This document shows positions 48,549-58,644 of a stretch of 64,000 nucleotides of DNA, piece after piece. Source of the stretch: an uncultured Candidatus Micrarchaeota archaeon. GTDB taxonomy: Archaea > Micrarchaeota > Micrarchaeia > Anstonellales > Bilamarchaeaceae. The stretch is taken from the NCBI GenBank assembly GCA_963791815.1, contig CAWBTT010000002.1, positions 472,086 through 536,085 of the forward strand, in the 5' to 3' direction. Every line of letters starts with the position of its first letter. Position 1 is the first letter of the stretch. The translations under genes and the position numbers were made by a program. The notes beneath the pieces are model-generated. The model worked only from the letters and a program-made list of their open reading frames with translations, was not told the DNA's origin and did not search any database.

Positions 48549-49016
48549 ATGGCATATGATATCATAGGGGACTTCTTCAGCATCATCAGCATTGAGCTCT
48601 TTGACACAGCCTCAATTCTGCTCATAATCTCATACATACTCTGGGAAGCCCCCCGCTCACTCCAATTGCTATCCGAAGAATTCACCAAGGAGCTTTATCC
48701 TGAGCACGGACGCCTGGTTGATATCACACTGCTAGTCATAGGAGTTATCGCACTCCTTCTTTTCATGATGGATGCGCAGAAAATCGTGACATATCTCAAA
48801 ACCCCCGGAGTCATTTCATTCTATCTTGTCATACTCACAGTGCTTCCACTGATACTTCTCCTGGGATTCGTCCAGAGGTTCTTTGGGAGAATGGACGCGG
48901 GCAAATCAGTTTCCATTTTCCTCACTCAGGGCTTCCTTGACCTTGCGCACACTATTTTCTACATCAGTTTTGCCTTACTAGTCATTCCGGCAACTGGTTA
49001 TCTTGTTCTCGGATAG
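48549..49016 (+). CDS. Hypothetical membrane protein
   Basis: 155 aa, 4 hydrophobic helices. Confidence 0.35.
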   Translation: MAYDIIGDFFSIISIELFDTASILLIISYILWEAPRSLQLLSEEFTKELYPEHGRLVDITLLVIGVIALLLFMMDAQKIVTYLKTPGVISFYLVILTVLPLILLLGFVQRFFGRMDAGKSVSIFLTQGFLDLAHTIFYISFALLVIPATGYLVLG

Positions 49017-49070
49017 CTGCTGGTCAAGGTTATAAAGTTTTCTTTTCTAACTTTCTCTGGTGATCATAAA

Positions 49071-49307
49071 ATGTCCCCAAAGAAAAAACCAAAGAGAAAG
49101 CCAGTCAAAAAGAGCACCCCCTCTGTGAAAAAACACAATGTTAGGGATGCGCACCTTCCCGGTTACTTGATGATTGCATTCGGCCTTATTGGCCTTGGAA
49201 TCAATTACGACCTCCTAGGCGGAATGGCCTGGGCAAAAGCCTACCCGCTTCTGGCAGTGCTTTTCGGTGCAGTCGCTCTTGTTAAGGTAATCATTTCAAG
49301 AGACTAG
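49071..49307 (+). CDS. Small basic-N-terminus two-TM membrane protein
   Basis: 78 aa, lysine-rich N-terminus then two hydrophobic helices. Confidence 0.35.
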   Translation: MSPKKKPKRKPVKKSTPSVKKHNVRDAHLPGYLMIAFGLIGLGINYDLLGGMAWAKAYPLLAVLFGAVALVKVIISRD

Positions 49308-50074
49308 CGTATTCTACTGCGTTTTTGAAAATTCTGAGCCCCATTGGCTCACTTACTTTTCCTCTTACCCAATACGGGCAATTCTGAATTATATTGAAAG
49401 CCTCAGGGTGAGGCATCATGCCGAAAATCCGTCCAGTACTGTCGCACACGCCCGCGATTCCCATGACCGAGCCATTCGGGTTGTCCGGGTATTTCGCATC
49501 ATTTCCGTCCTTGTCAGTGTACTGGAAAACAATCTGATTCTTTGATTTCATAGTCTCAAGCGCATTATCATCCAATGGGATGAACTTGCCTTCTCCATGC
49601 CTTACCGGGACAAGCATGAAATCAATTCCTTTTGTGAAAATACAGGGGGACTTCTTGTTGGCCTTGAGGACGACCCACCGGTCTTCGAATTTTCCTGAGT
49701 CATTGCCAATCAAGGTTACTTTCTGCTCGAAATCAGGTTCTGGAAGAAGCCCCATCTTGACAAGCACCTGGAAACCGTTGCAGATTCCTAATGATGAGCT
49801 TCCCTTCTTTGACGAATTTCTCCAAAGGCTCCCTCAGCCTGAACTTCATCTTGTTGGCAAACACCTTGCCTGAACCCAAGTCATCCCCAAATGAGAATCC
49901 CCCAGGTATGAATAGCATATTGTAGTTGTCCAGGAGCTCTGGATTGTCAAGCACCTTGTTCAGGTGCATAATCTCGGCATGGCCTCCGCTCTTCTCAATA
50001 GCGTATTTGCTTTCATTTTCGCAATTGATGCCATAGCCATACAGAACAAGCGCTCTCAGCATACATAACATCAT
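49291..50074 (-). pseudogene. purQ: Phosphoribosylformylglycinamidine synthase I (PurQ glutamine amidotransferase) interrupted by a +1 frameshift
   Basis: N-terminal part (ORF 49733..50074: LVLYGYGINCE ... FIPGGFSFGD ... VKEGKLII) and C-terminal part (ORF 49291..49767: LVKMGLLPE ... MMPHPE) lie in different frames. Removing one base near atcatta|ggaatc (about 49788-49792) restores GKLII-GICNGFQVLVKMGLLP with the catalytic Cys. Confidence 0.75.
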
Positions 50075-50232
50075 CTCAAAAATTGTTTTAAGCTTTGGCT
50101 ATTCAAGCAGCGAAAAAGGAACATGCCTCCCCCTCACCGCTCCATATATATATATAATTTCCCTGTTTTTTCTTTACAGTTAAGGTGAATTCTATGGATG
50201 GACGAAGAAACAGGAGAAATGTTAATGCTGGA

Positions 50233-51816
50233 ATGTCAAGAAGGCAGTTCCTCAAGACCACTGGAATTGCAGTCGCAGGCGCAGGCGCTGCTGCGGCCGG
50301 TTTGGCCGGGGCCGCGAATGCCAATCTATCTAACCGACCGTTCCCTGAATCCGTGGCCGGAGGGGGGAATAACTACAATGTCTGGCCTGTGGGGAACGAT
50401 AACCTAACACATGTCCATCCCAAGACAAACGAGCCTTGCACCCAGGATGCCTTCAATGTCCAGTATGCTGTCGATAATGTGGATGAAGGGGGCGTCGTAA
50501 GGTTGCATTCAAAGAACATGAAAACCGAAGCGACCTATTTCCAGTTCGGCCAGTCCAATGTGACTGTCCACAAATCAGTTACTATCATCGGACAGTCCGA
50601 CCACGGAAAGACCAAAGCTCTTGTCAAAGGCTCATCCTCGAAATCGTTAAATGCGACCGGGGGGCCCAACCAGAACTACGCGCCTGAACTCGTAGGCATC
50701 TTCAATATCTATGCACCTGGAAAGGAAGTGGAATTCAACAATCTCGCCATAGACCACACATTCACCCATGTGATATCCGAGAATTTCTCCACATTCGGAT
50801 CAATCACACTGCCCAATAGGGGTAGCGCTCTTTTGAAGGTGCTCAACTGCGATATCGATACGATTGCATCATCCGCGGTAGCCACTCCCGCAAGCCCGGC
50901 AAAGAGCAAAATCGTGAGGAACTGCAAGATAAGGGGGAAGGCGGACATGGTGGATGGCAACTATTCCTGCATTAATGTAGGGAGCTTCGGCGATTCCCCT
51001 CCGAATCTGCTCGATGCTCGGATAGAGGTCACAGACTGCCATCTAGACTCTGCTCTTTTCGTCGGAGTGATCATCTTGGATGGCTACAGCAATGCCAACA
51101 CCGTCATTGATGTCAAACGCAACCGAATCGGGCATACTCCTCGCCAGCCAAACCCGGTCAACGGGATAGTCGAAGCGACTTCTGTCGGTGTAATCGTTGG
51201 CGCGCCTTTCCTCGGGAATCCGCAGAATCCGATTTTCGCGCCTATCAATGGAAAGATAACCATTGTTGAAAACATGATTAAACTATCGAGATATTACTCC
51301 GGTGGGCCACTCGCCGGAGGAATCTCCACGACGCCTGAAAAAGATGGGAATGTCCTGATAGAGAACAACATTATCGATTTCTCGTTGCCCTTCAAATTGC
51401 CAGAGCCAGCTCCTGGTTTATCCGTTATCATCGGATTGGATGCCATAACTTACGAGGATTTCACCGAAGAGGCCACTGCGCTTATACAGAACAACACTAT
51501 TCTGACGAGCAAGCCTCCGTACGCTCCCAGCCTCGTTCCGGTGCATTACGGGGTAGCGCTGGGCAACGAATCGGCATTGGGCGGTTTCGTCAAATCATCG
51601 GCAAAAAATGTGACTGTGCAGAACAACGACTACTCGGGATTGGCGGTGGTGCCATACCTGAGACTCAGTTCATTAGGGCCTCAATTCACCCCGGGTTTCG
51701 CCATGTTCATGAACGACCTGACCAATGGCAACACCGCAATCGAGCCGGGCCTGACCTGTGCTGACATAAACGACCTTGGGTCCAATTCGGTCACAGCTGG
51801 AGGAGTCAACTGCTGA
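50233..51816 (+). CDS. Tat-signal secreted protein with right-handed parallel beta-helix (pectin-lyase-like) repeats
   Basis: Twin-arginine motif SRRQFLKTTGIAVAGAGAAAA. Repeated NxIxG/Vx.N-type beta-helix rungs. Noticeably higher GC than neighbours. Confidence 0.6.
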   Translation: MSRRQFLKTTGIAVAGAGAAAAGLAGAANANLSNRPFPESVAGGGNNYNVWPVGNDNLTHVHPKTNEPCTQDAFNVQYAVDNVDEGGVVRLHSKNMKTEATYFQFGQSNVTVHKSVTIIGQSDHGKTKALVKGSSSKSLNATGGPNQNYAPELVGIFNIYAPGKEVEFNNLAIDHTFTHVISENFSTFGSITLPNRGSALLKVLNCDIDTIASSAVATPASPAKSKIVRNCKIRGKADMVDGNYSCINVGSFGDSPPNLLDARIEVTDCHLDSALFVGVIILDGYSNANTVIDVKRNRIGHTPRQPNPVNGIVEATSVGVIVGAPFLGNPQNPIFAPINGKITIVENMIKLSRYYSGGPLAGGISTTPEKDGNVLIENNIIDFSLPFKLPEPAPGLSVIIGLDAITYEDFTEEATALIQNNTILTSKPPYAPSLVPVHYGVALGNESALGGFVKSSAKNVTVQNNDYSGLAVVPYLRLSSLGPQFTPGFAMFMNDLTNGNTAIEPGLTCADINDLGSNSVTAGGVNC

Positions 51817-51860
51817 TCCCTTTATCTTTTCTTTTATAAATTTCCCTCTTTTTTTAAAAA

Positions 51861-52235
51861 TCAGACCTTTCTCAATCCTCTGATTCCCTCGAACTTCCAG
51901 GCGCTGCGAGTAAATATGAAAGCGTCGTTGGCAATGCATATCGACGCTGTCAGAATGCTGTCCATTGGCTTTGGCAGCTCGCCATTCATCTTGATTTCCC
52001 GGTTCAGCTTGGTCGCGATTCCGGCTGCTCTTTTGTCAAATGGGAGGATGCTGATACTGTTTGAGAAGTTGCTGATAACATCTTCCTTCTTGATGGTTTC
52101 AAGAAGCTGCATCAACGTTAAACTGGTTATGCAGATTTCTTCCCTGTCGGCGTAATACTTCAGCTTCTCAATCGTTCCAGGGTCGCCCATAAGGAAATCC
52201 AATGCCTTATCAAAATCCAGGCAGATTTTTTCCAT
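51861..52235 (-). CDS. vapC: PIN-domain toxin (VapC family)
   Basis: 124 aa. N-terminal acidic D (CLDFD), C-terminal SILTASICIANDAFIFTRS typical of PIN. Confidence 0.75.
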   Translation of the reverse strand: MEKICLDFDKALDFLMGDPGTIEKLKYYADREEICITSLTLMQLLETIKKEDVISNFSNSISILPFDKRAAGIATKLNREIKMNGELPKPMDSILTASICIANDAFIFTRSAWKFEGIRGLRKV

Positions 52236-52237
52236 TT

Positions 52238-52456
52238 CTAATCCACCCAGTTGTATTCTCCGCGCCCGATGCGTTTGGCTACTCTTCTATGGATGTCTTT
52301 ATCCTCAATAGTTCCTGCCAAAGAAATAATCGTGCTCTCCTGCTTTCTTTCCTTTAAGAGATATCTAAGAATCTGACTGAAACTCATGTCTTTTGAGGAC
52401 TTGAGCCTCTTCAAATCATCATACACATCGTCCATTATTGTTATGACACGAACCAT
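52238..52456 (-). CDS. vapB: Putative VapB-type antitoxin
   Basis: 72-aa ORF immediately upstream of vapC and separated from it by 2 nt. Start MVRVITIMDDVYDDLKRLK is RHH/AbrB-like. Confidence 0.55.
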   Translation of the reverse strand: MVRVITIMDDVYDDLKRLKSSKDMSFSQILRYLLKERKQESTIISLAGTIEDKDIHRRVAKRIGRGEYNWVD

Positions 52457-52658
52457 TTTTCATTCCCCCAATTGCATAAATGCATTCACTAAATACATTT
52501 ATATGATTTACCTCGAAAAATCCCAACTTGTTGCTCTTAAGATTTTTTTATGTTTCAAAGATTAACCTCAGAAAACCACATTCTTTTAAATCAAAAAAAT
52601 CCGTTTTATATTAATCCTCTCATAGAAACGGGGAAATTGCGACTAAAGGTGAACATAT

Positions 52659-53744
52659 ATGGAAGATTTAGTAAGATCTGTAATGGGGGAAGCATCTCCA
52701 AAGGAAGAGAACTCAAGCTCTGATGCGATGAGTTCTGAGACAATTAAGATTGTGACCGTAGGTGTCGGTGGAGCCGGAAACAACACAATAAACAGGCTCA
52801 TAAAGTCAGGTGTTAAAGGCACTGAACTTGTCGCTATAAACACAGACAAGCAGCACTTGAACATAGTCCATGAGAGGGCAAAGAAAGTACTTATCGGTAA
52901 ATCAGTCACCAAGGGTCTTGGTGCAGGAGGCTACCCAGACATCGGTGCAAAATCAGCCGAAGTCGACAGGCCTTTGATTGAAAGAGAACTTGAAGGAGCC
53001 CACCTCGTATTCGTATGCGCAGGTATGGGCGGTGGAACTGGTGGTGGAGCAGCCCCAATCGTCGCGCAAATCGCGAAAGAACAGGGAGCTATCGTAGTTG
53101 CCATGGTTACCTACCCGTTCGCTCTTGAAAGGGCCAGGAAGAAGAAAGCCGAAGAGGGCATTAAAGCACTCAAGAGGGGATGCGACTCAGTCATTATCCT
53201 CGACAACAACAGGCTTGTCTCACTTGTCCCGAACCTGCCAATGGCAGAAGCATTCGCAGTTGCTGATGAGATTCTCTCAAGGGCAATCAGCGGTCTTGTC
53301 TGGACAATCACACAGCCGTCTTTGATTAACATCGACTTTGCAGACGTTCGTTCCATCATGGAAGGCGGAGGAGTCGGATTCATCGCAGTCGGCGAGGGAA
53401 AAGGAAACGACAAGGTTACTGGAGCAGCAGAGGGAGTTATCAAGAACAGACTTCTTGATGTTGACTTCGAAGGTGCAAAAGGCGCGCTCATCCACATCAG
53501 TGGAGGAGCTGACCTCACACTTGGCGACGCTATCAAAGCCGGTGAAATCATCACCGAGAAGATGGACGCAGAAGCCAATGTCAAATGGGGAGCCAGAATC
53601 ATGCAGAACTACGAGGGCAAATTGGAAATCGTTGCAATCGTAACTGGTGTTACCGGCGCTTCAGTTGCAGGCCAGTCAATGGTTGAAGAGGAAGAAGCAT
53701 CAACCATGCCAGAGTACTCAAGGGACCTTGAAGTTCTCGGTTAG
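52659..53744 (+). CDS. ftsZ: Cell division GTPase FtsZ
   Basis: GVGGAGNNTINRL, tubulin signature GMGGGTGGGAAPIVA, about 360 aa. Confidence 0.95.
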   Translation: MEDLVRSVMGEASPKEENSSSDAMSSETIKIVTVGVGGAGNNTINRLIKSGVKGTELVAINTDKQHLNIVHERAKKVLIGKSVTKGLGAGGYPDIGAKSAEVDRPLIERELEGAHLVFVCAGMGGGTGGGAAPIVAQIAKEQGAIVVAMVTYPFALERARKKKAEEGIKALKRGCDSVIILDNNRLVSLVPNLPMAEAFAVADEILSRAISGLVWTITQPSLINIDFADVRSIMEGGGVGFIAVGEGKGNDKVTGAAEGVIKNRLLDVDFEGAKGALIHISGGADLTLGDAIKAGEIITEKMDAEANVKWGARIMQNYEGKLEIVAIVTGVTGASVAGQSMVEEEEASTMPEYSRDLEVLG

Positions 53745-53776
53745 TTTTTCTTTTTTTCTATTCTTTATTTCTTCTT

Positions 53777-54490
53777 ATGAAAATCAAAATCACTACCAAT
53801 CCCAAGAAAGACTGGACCGCTCCTTTAGCTGAGGAAGTCAAAAAACTCCTCGAAGACAATCTCCATGACATTGTTGAAGAGGCCGCAGATGCGACAATAT
53901 GCATTGGCGGAGACGGCACTGTTCTCTATGCCCATCACCAGGGAATGCTTGAAGGGACAGTGCTTGGCATCGGAACACTGAAGAGCTACATCTGCCAGAT
54001 TACCAAGGAAGATTGGAACGACAAAATCTTCGACGTTCTTCAGAGCGAACCGTTCACTGTCATGACGTTGAAAGCCCAGGTTGACGGGAAAGAACTTATA
54101 GCTCTCAATGATTTTGTTGTCCATGCAAAAGATTACCGTGTACTCACAATGGAAGTTACGCACTCAGGAAAATCCTCCAAATTCAGAGGGGACGGAATCA
54201 TAATCTCAACCTCAATGGGCTCGCCTGCCTATGCATATTCTGCTGGCGGGGATGCGCTCCTTCCTGATGAACGAAAAATGGTCGTAGTCCCAATTGCCCC
54301 TTACCGTCGCGCATTCTCACCAGAAGTTCTTTCAGATGATACAACAATCACAATAACGACGAACAAAGATTTTGCATTTATCACAGATGGCATCCTCATC
54401 TCTGAACTTGTTGGGGCAACCAAAGTGAATATTCAAAAAGGCGATGACATACAATTCTTCCACGGAGTCGGATTCCATGAACAAGGATGA
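53777..54490 (+). CDS. nadK: NAD kinase
   Basis: GGDGT motif (ICIGGDGTVLYA), NE/D short motif region, 237 aa. Confidence 0.85.
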   Translation: MKIKITTNPKKDWTAPLAEEVKKLLEDNLHDIVEEAADATICIGGDGTVLYAHHQGMLEGTVLGIGTLKSYICQITKEDWNDKIFDVLQSEPFTVMTLKAQVDGKELIALNDFVVHAKDYRVLTMEVTHSGKSSKFRGDGIIISTSMGSPAYAYSAGGDALLPDERKMVVVPIAPYRRAFSPEVLSDDTTITITTNKDFAFITDGILISELVGATKVNIQKGDDIQFFHGVGFHEQG

Positions 54491-54782
54491 GATACTGAAA
54501 CAGGGATATGTTGATGTCAGGGTCCAGGTCACTGGCCTTCGCCAGAACCACCGTCTTACTGTGGAGAAGGACAGAACCTCCAGAGGGATATTGACCTATT
54601 TATCATCAAAACATTATATTCCAACTCAGGAGCTGGTCCGGCTTGCAGAAATCCTTCAGTTCCCAATCAAGCACAATACTACGGTTGTATTCCCAAAAGG
54701 GAAAATGCCAAAAGACTTTTTAGAAAAAACAGAGGATGTCTCAGTCGAGGCCGACACTATAGAGGCCGAAATTGAGGACTAG
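54477..54782 (+). CDS. Hypothetical protein
   Basis: ORF co-directional with nadK and overlapping its end. No motif recognised. Start uncertain. Confidence 0.3.
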   Translation: MNKDEILKQGYVDVRVQVTGLRQNHRLTVEKDRTSRGILTYLSSKHYIPTQELVRLAEILQFPIKHNTTVVFPKGKMPKDFLEKTEDVSVEADTIEAEIED

Positions 54783-55654
54783 GCCAATTCTCTCTTAAGA
54801 ACCTCTATTACCTCTTCCCCTATTCTTGCCTGCGCTTCTCTGGTAGCTGCTCCAAGGTGCGGTGTAAGATAGACATTATCCAATTCAAGGAGCTTTCCAG
54901 TGTAAGGCTCTTGCCGGTAAACATCGAGAGCAGCGCCCTTGAGCTTCCCAGATTTGCAAGCATCATAGAGGGCATCCTCGTCAACGATTTCTCCTCTTGA
55001 AGTGTTGATGATGAAAGCCCCATCTTTCATCTTTGATATATTTTCATTATTTATCAGGTTAATAGTGCCAGGCAAAGCCGGTACATGAAGGGTAATCACA
55101 TCCGCCTTTCCGAAAACTTCGTCGTTGCTCATGAAAGCCGCAATTCCATCCTCTCTTGGATGAGGGTCTGATGCAATCACTTCCATTCCCAGGGAATTTG
55201 CCTTTTTCCCGAGCAATCCGCCAATTCTCCCATAGCCAATTACGCCAAGAATCTTGCCACCAACCTCGTTGCCTGTAAGTTTCTTCTTCTCCCATTGCTG
55301 GTTCTTCATCTGGTGGTGTGCCTTCTGCACATTCCGGAGTCCGCAGATTGCGAGTCCAAGGACAAGCTCTGCAACAGCGTTCGAGGAAGCTCCAGGGGTA
55401 TTCATCACTTTGATGCCCTTCTCTGCGCAGGCTTCCTTGTCGATATTATCTGTGCCGACCCCGGCCCTTATCACAAGTTTCAAGTTTGAGTCAGAAATAA
55501 GTTCCTTAGTCACCTTGGTGGCGCTCCTCACGATCAGAGCATCGGCATCGACGATGGCAGCCTTCACATCCTCAGGCTTGTTTCGTACCTCTCCAAGCTC
55601 TCCAATGGCTTTGACCACGCTCTCTTCCATATTATCTGCAATTACAACTAGCAT
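54779..55654 (-). CDS. D-isomer-specific 2-hydroxyacid dehydrogenase (SerA/phosphoglycerate dehydrogenase-like, short form)
   Basis: NAD-binding GVIGYGRIGGLLGKKA, catalytic region with R ... E ... H, 291 aa. Confidence 0.8.
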   Translation of the reverse strand: MLVVIADNMEESVVKAIGELGEVRNKPEDVKAAIVDADALIVRSATKVTKELISDSNLKLVIRAGVGTDNIDKEACAEKGIKVMNTPGASSNAVAELVLGLAICGLRNVQKAHHQMKNQQWEKKKLTGNEVGGKILGVIGYGRIGGLLGKKANSLGMEVIASDPHPREDGIAAFMSNDEVFGKADVITLHVPALPGTINLINNENISKMKDGAFIINTSRGEIVDEDALYDACKSGKLKGAALDVYRQEPYTGKLLELDNVYLTPHLGAATREAQARIGEEVIEVLKRELA

Positions 55655-55952
55655 GAATTGTTCATGAAACTAACCCTTTTAGGGCTTTTTGGCGTTGATA
55701 CATAGACTTATAAAATACATTTAACATATCGTTATTGCACAAAAAATCCCCTCAGAGTTAATGCTTTTACCGAAGAAAAAAACAATCTTGGTTTATTTGC
55801 GCAATTGAGGTTTTTGATTGTACGATTTTCCCTATTGTAACGCATTTTCTAAGGAAATTCGCACAATATTTAAATATATCCTGGGGTTTTGAACAACTTT
55901 CTCCGCGAAACATATAAATACAACTTAATTCAAATAGTAATTAGGTGGGGGG

Positions 55953-56243
55953 ATGGTTATGTTCAATGAAACCAGAAGGGGTAAGAAAAAGCTTATGGGC
56001 CTTGCATCGGCTCTTGAGATGGGTATGTCTGGAAAAGACATGGGATTCATGGTAAGTACTGCCGGGGAGCTTGTGAAAGCGCTTCGGACAAATGACCCAG
56101 GTCTCTCCGGAGACGAGAAGGTCAGATTAGTCAAATCAGTGTGCCGCGCGAAGGCAAAGGCGTTCTTAGGCGGCCCCAATGATAATTACAAAACATACAG
56201 GGCGTTAAGCATGATAAGTAGCGACCTCGTGAGGATGCTCTAA
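55953..56243 (+). CDS. Hypothetical protein
   Basis: 96-aa ORF directly upstream of the ACT-domain gene. Confidence 0.3.
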   Translation: MVMFNETRRGKKKLMGLASALEMGMSGKDMGFMVSTAGELVKALRTNDPGLSGDEKVRLVKSVCRAKAKAFLGGPNDNYKTYRALSMISSDLVRML

Positions 56244-56259
56244 AAAAGGTGATGAAAAA

Positions 56260-56670
56260 ATGAAACAAGTTACCCTTGTGTCAGAGGACAGAGTGGGCTT
56301 ATTAGCCGACATATCGTACATCCTGGGCAAATCCAGCGTCAACATCGAAGGATTGCACGTCGATGTAATCGGCGGAAGGGCAGTGATATCGATGGAAGTC
56401 AAAGACCCAAAGAAAGCGACTGATATTCTTGTACGAAACAAATTCAAGACTACAGACCCGGCAGCGATTGTCATCAAAGTGGCAAACAACTCAATGGAAA
56501 AAATCACTGAGATGCTTGAAGTTGAAAAAGTGACTATCAAAGGACTGAGCATGCTTTCTAAGGACGCGAACGAAGGAATCTTCGCAATCAGCGTCGACAA
56601 ACCAAGGAAAGCAACGAAGATGCTTACTCCGTTCCTTCTGGGCAACCAGGCCGAACCCGGTTACTACTAA
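56260..56670 (+). CDS. Tandem ACT-domain protein
   Basis: Two beta-alpha-beta-beta-alpha-beta-like segments (VTLVSEDRVGLLADISYIL ... ; AIVIKVANNSMEKITEML ...), 136 aa. Confidence 0.5.
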   Translation: MKQVTLVSEDRVGLLADISYILGKSSVNIEGLHVDVIGGRAVISMEVKDPKKATDILVRNKFKTTDPAAIVIKVANNSMEKITEMLEVEKVTIKGLSMLSKDANEGIFAISVDKPRKATKMLTPFLLGNQAEPGYY

Positions 56671-57749
56671 GTTGTAATTTCTTCCATTCTTTTCTCTTTT
56701 TCTGCCTGTTTTATTTCCTTGGCAATTCTTCTTCCAAAGCTAATGCTCTCTCTGAAGAGGTACTCAGAATAAGGCGTGAATCTTGTTCCTGGCGAGCCGG
56801 GCATCCTAAGTGAAACGTCGAAGCAGACGAATTCCTCTTTTCCTTCCTCGACAAAGGCCCCCTGCAGGGCAAAAGGCCCGATGATGCCGTCTTTGTACTC
56901 CTTGTTGACCGCTCTTGCGAAATTGTCCCCAAGCTCAAAGACCTGCTCCAATAATGATTCTCTCAGTGTGCACGCGATATGGCCAACCTCAATAGTGGAT
57001 GGCTGTGCCATCTTCAGAAGTTCAAGCTGCGCGTCTGCCGGCATCCTCAAATATCCGTCGATGTTTGTTTGCCTCCTCGTATCAATACCTAAAAGTTCCA
57101 CCTCATCATGGATTGGGGAGTAGAAGAAATTCAGGTTGAAATGGGCGCCGACTATATATTCCTCGATAGTGGCCTTCTCAAGGTCATCTTCCTTGATTTT
57201 GCCCATCATAATCATCTGTTTGCTCCGAATGTGATATTCCTCAGGGCTTCTTGCGAGGAAGAAAGCTCTCTCATAGCTTCTTTTTGCCTCGCTCACCTTG
57301 ACTATCACTAATCTGTCAATGTCATCTGGCTTCTTGAACTTCTTTGGCGACCTTACCCCTGCCTTGTCCATCAGGTGGTATTGGTTCTTCTGCGCGTCTC
57401 TCTCCTCTGCCCGCAGCAAATATTTATTGCCGAAGACCGGGACCCTGAAATCATTCTCAATTCTTTCATATCCGACATAAACTGCGAACGAGCGGTTGGG
57501 GACGAAGACGGATTTCCTCTCAAGAAGGAAATCCTGCTTCTCTGTAATCTCATTGAATTTATTCAGAAGAAGAAGCTCATCGACCACGCCGACGTCCTGC
57601 TCCCCCCGTTTCCTGCTCTTATACGGCCCCAGGTAGGTCTTTTCCCTGCCCTTCTGAGCAACGACAACGGTTTTGAAACCTTCTTTCTTTGCGCCTTCAC
57701 AAACATCCAAAGCAGAGTGGCTCCCCAATGTAGAAATGGTATGTTCCAT
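56667..57749 (-). CDS. purP: 5-formaminoimidazole-4-carboxamide ribonucleotide synthetase (PurP, ATP-grasp)
   Basis: N-terminus MEHTISTLGSHSALDV typical of PurP, ATP-grasp core. Start taken at the internal Met. The ORF track upstream extension is not credible. Confidence 0.85.
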   Translation of the reverse strand: MEHTISTLGSHSALDVCEGAKKEGFKTVVVAQKGREKTYLGPYKSRKRGEQDVGVVDELLLLNKFNEITEKQDFLLERKSVFVPNRSFAVYVGYERIENDFRVPVFGNKYLLRAEERDAQKNQYHLMDKAGVRSPKKFKKPDDIDRLVIVKVSEAKRSYERAFFLARSPEEYHIRSKQMIMMGKIKEDDLEKATIEEYIVGAHFNLNFFYSPIHDEVELLGIDTRRQTNIDGYLRMPADAQLELLKMAQPSTIEVGHIACTLRESLLEQVFELGDNFARAVNKEYKDGIIGPFALQGAFVEEGKEEFVCFDVSLRMPGSPGTRFTPYSEYLFRESISFGRRIAKEIKQAEKEKRMEEITT

Positions 57750-57828
57750 AGTTGGAATTTTGTTATTCAGGTTTAAAAAAATGGCAGGGTTATATCTTTT
57801 TATATAACCTGAACGGAGAAATAAAAAT

Positions 57829-58644
57829 ATGAAGACGCTGCTCGTCCTTTTGCTGCTGGTAGCTGCAGTGCATGCCAGTTTCGTTATTGAACAGGTAGAC
57901 GTATCCATCAGCGATATTGAGAGCGACGGCAGCGCAAAGGTCCATGAGAGCATCAAAATCATCATGTTCGGTGACCATTCAAACTCAGTCTACGACAGCG
58001 GAATAGCTTACAACCGCCTTTCCGTCTGGTCAAACAACACTGGCCTCAAAGACGTGAAAATCCACGTCAACTCAGCGCTGGTTGATATCCGTGATTTCCG
58101 GCTGAGGCCGCAGCCAAGAACCAAATGCAATCCAATCCAGGAGCTTTGCCATGGAGAACTCATCCTTGACTACTACGCATACCCATCATTTGAGAATGAG
58201 AGCGCAAAATCCGGGACCGGCCTTTTCACAGTGGAAAAGTACAAGCCAAGAACGCACAGGTACACCCTGAATCCGGATGCATTGTCATTCACACTCACAA
58301 CTGAGAAAAACATTATTCTTGAGGATGAGGTTCATCTTACCATCAAGATGCCTGCTGAGAGCGAGCTTCTCGATGTCAATCCGCAGCCAGGAACCGAGGA
58401 CCTTGGCCTGCCGGCGCATGTCAGCCAGCTCTCCTGGAACGACATAGTCCTCGTGAAATTCTCACTGATATTCGATGTGGAAGACAGCATAGACAAAGAA
58501 GTCACTGACTTCTTCAGCAACATAGCAAAGGGAATCAGCAGCACCCTTTCAAGCCCGAATGGCATCCCGTTAGTTGTCCTGATACTCCTGCTCATTGGTT
58601 CATACCTGTATATCATGATGGCGAAAAGAAGAGGCGAAGAGTAA
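57829..58644 (+). CDS. Secreted protein with N-terminal signal peptide and C-terminal TM anchor (archaeal surface-anchored protein)
   Basis: MKTLLVLLLLVAAVHA signal, C-terminal LVVLILLLIGSYLYIMMAKRRGEE. Stop overlaps the pheS start by 1 nt. Confidence 0.5.
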   Translation: MKTLLVLLLLVAAVHASFVIEQVDVSISDIESDGSAKVHESIKIIMFGDHSNSVYDSGIAYNRLSVWSNNTGLKDVKIHVNSALVDIRDFRLRPQPRTKCNPIQELCHGELILDYYAYPSFENESAKSGTGLFTVEKYKPRTHRYTLNPDALSFTLTTEKNIILEDEVHLTIKMPAESELLDVNPQPGTEDLGLPAHVSQLSWNDIVLVKFSLIFDVEDSIDKEVTDFFSNIAKGISSTLSSPNGIPLVVLILLLIGSYLYIMMAKRRGEE

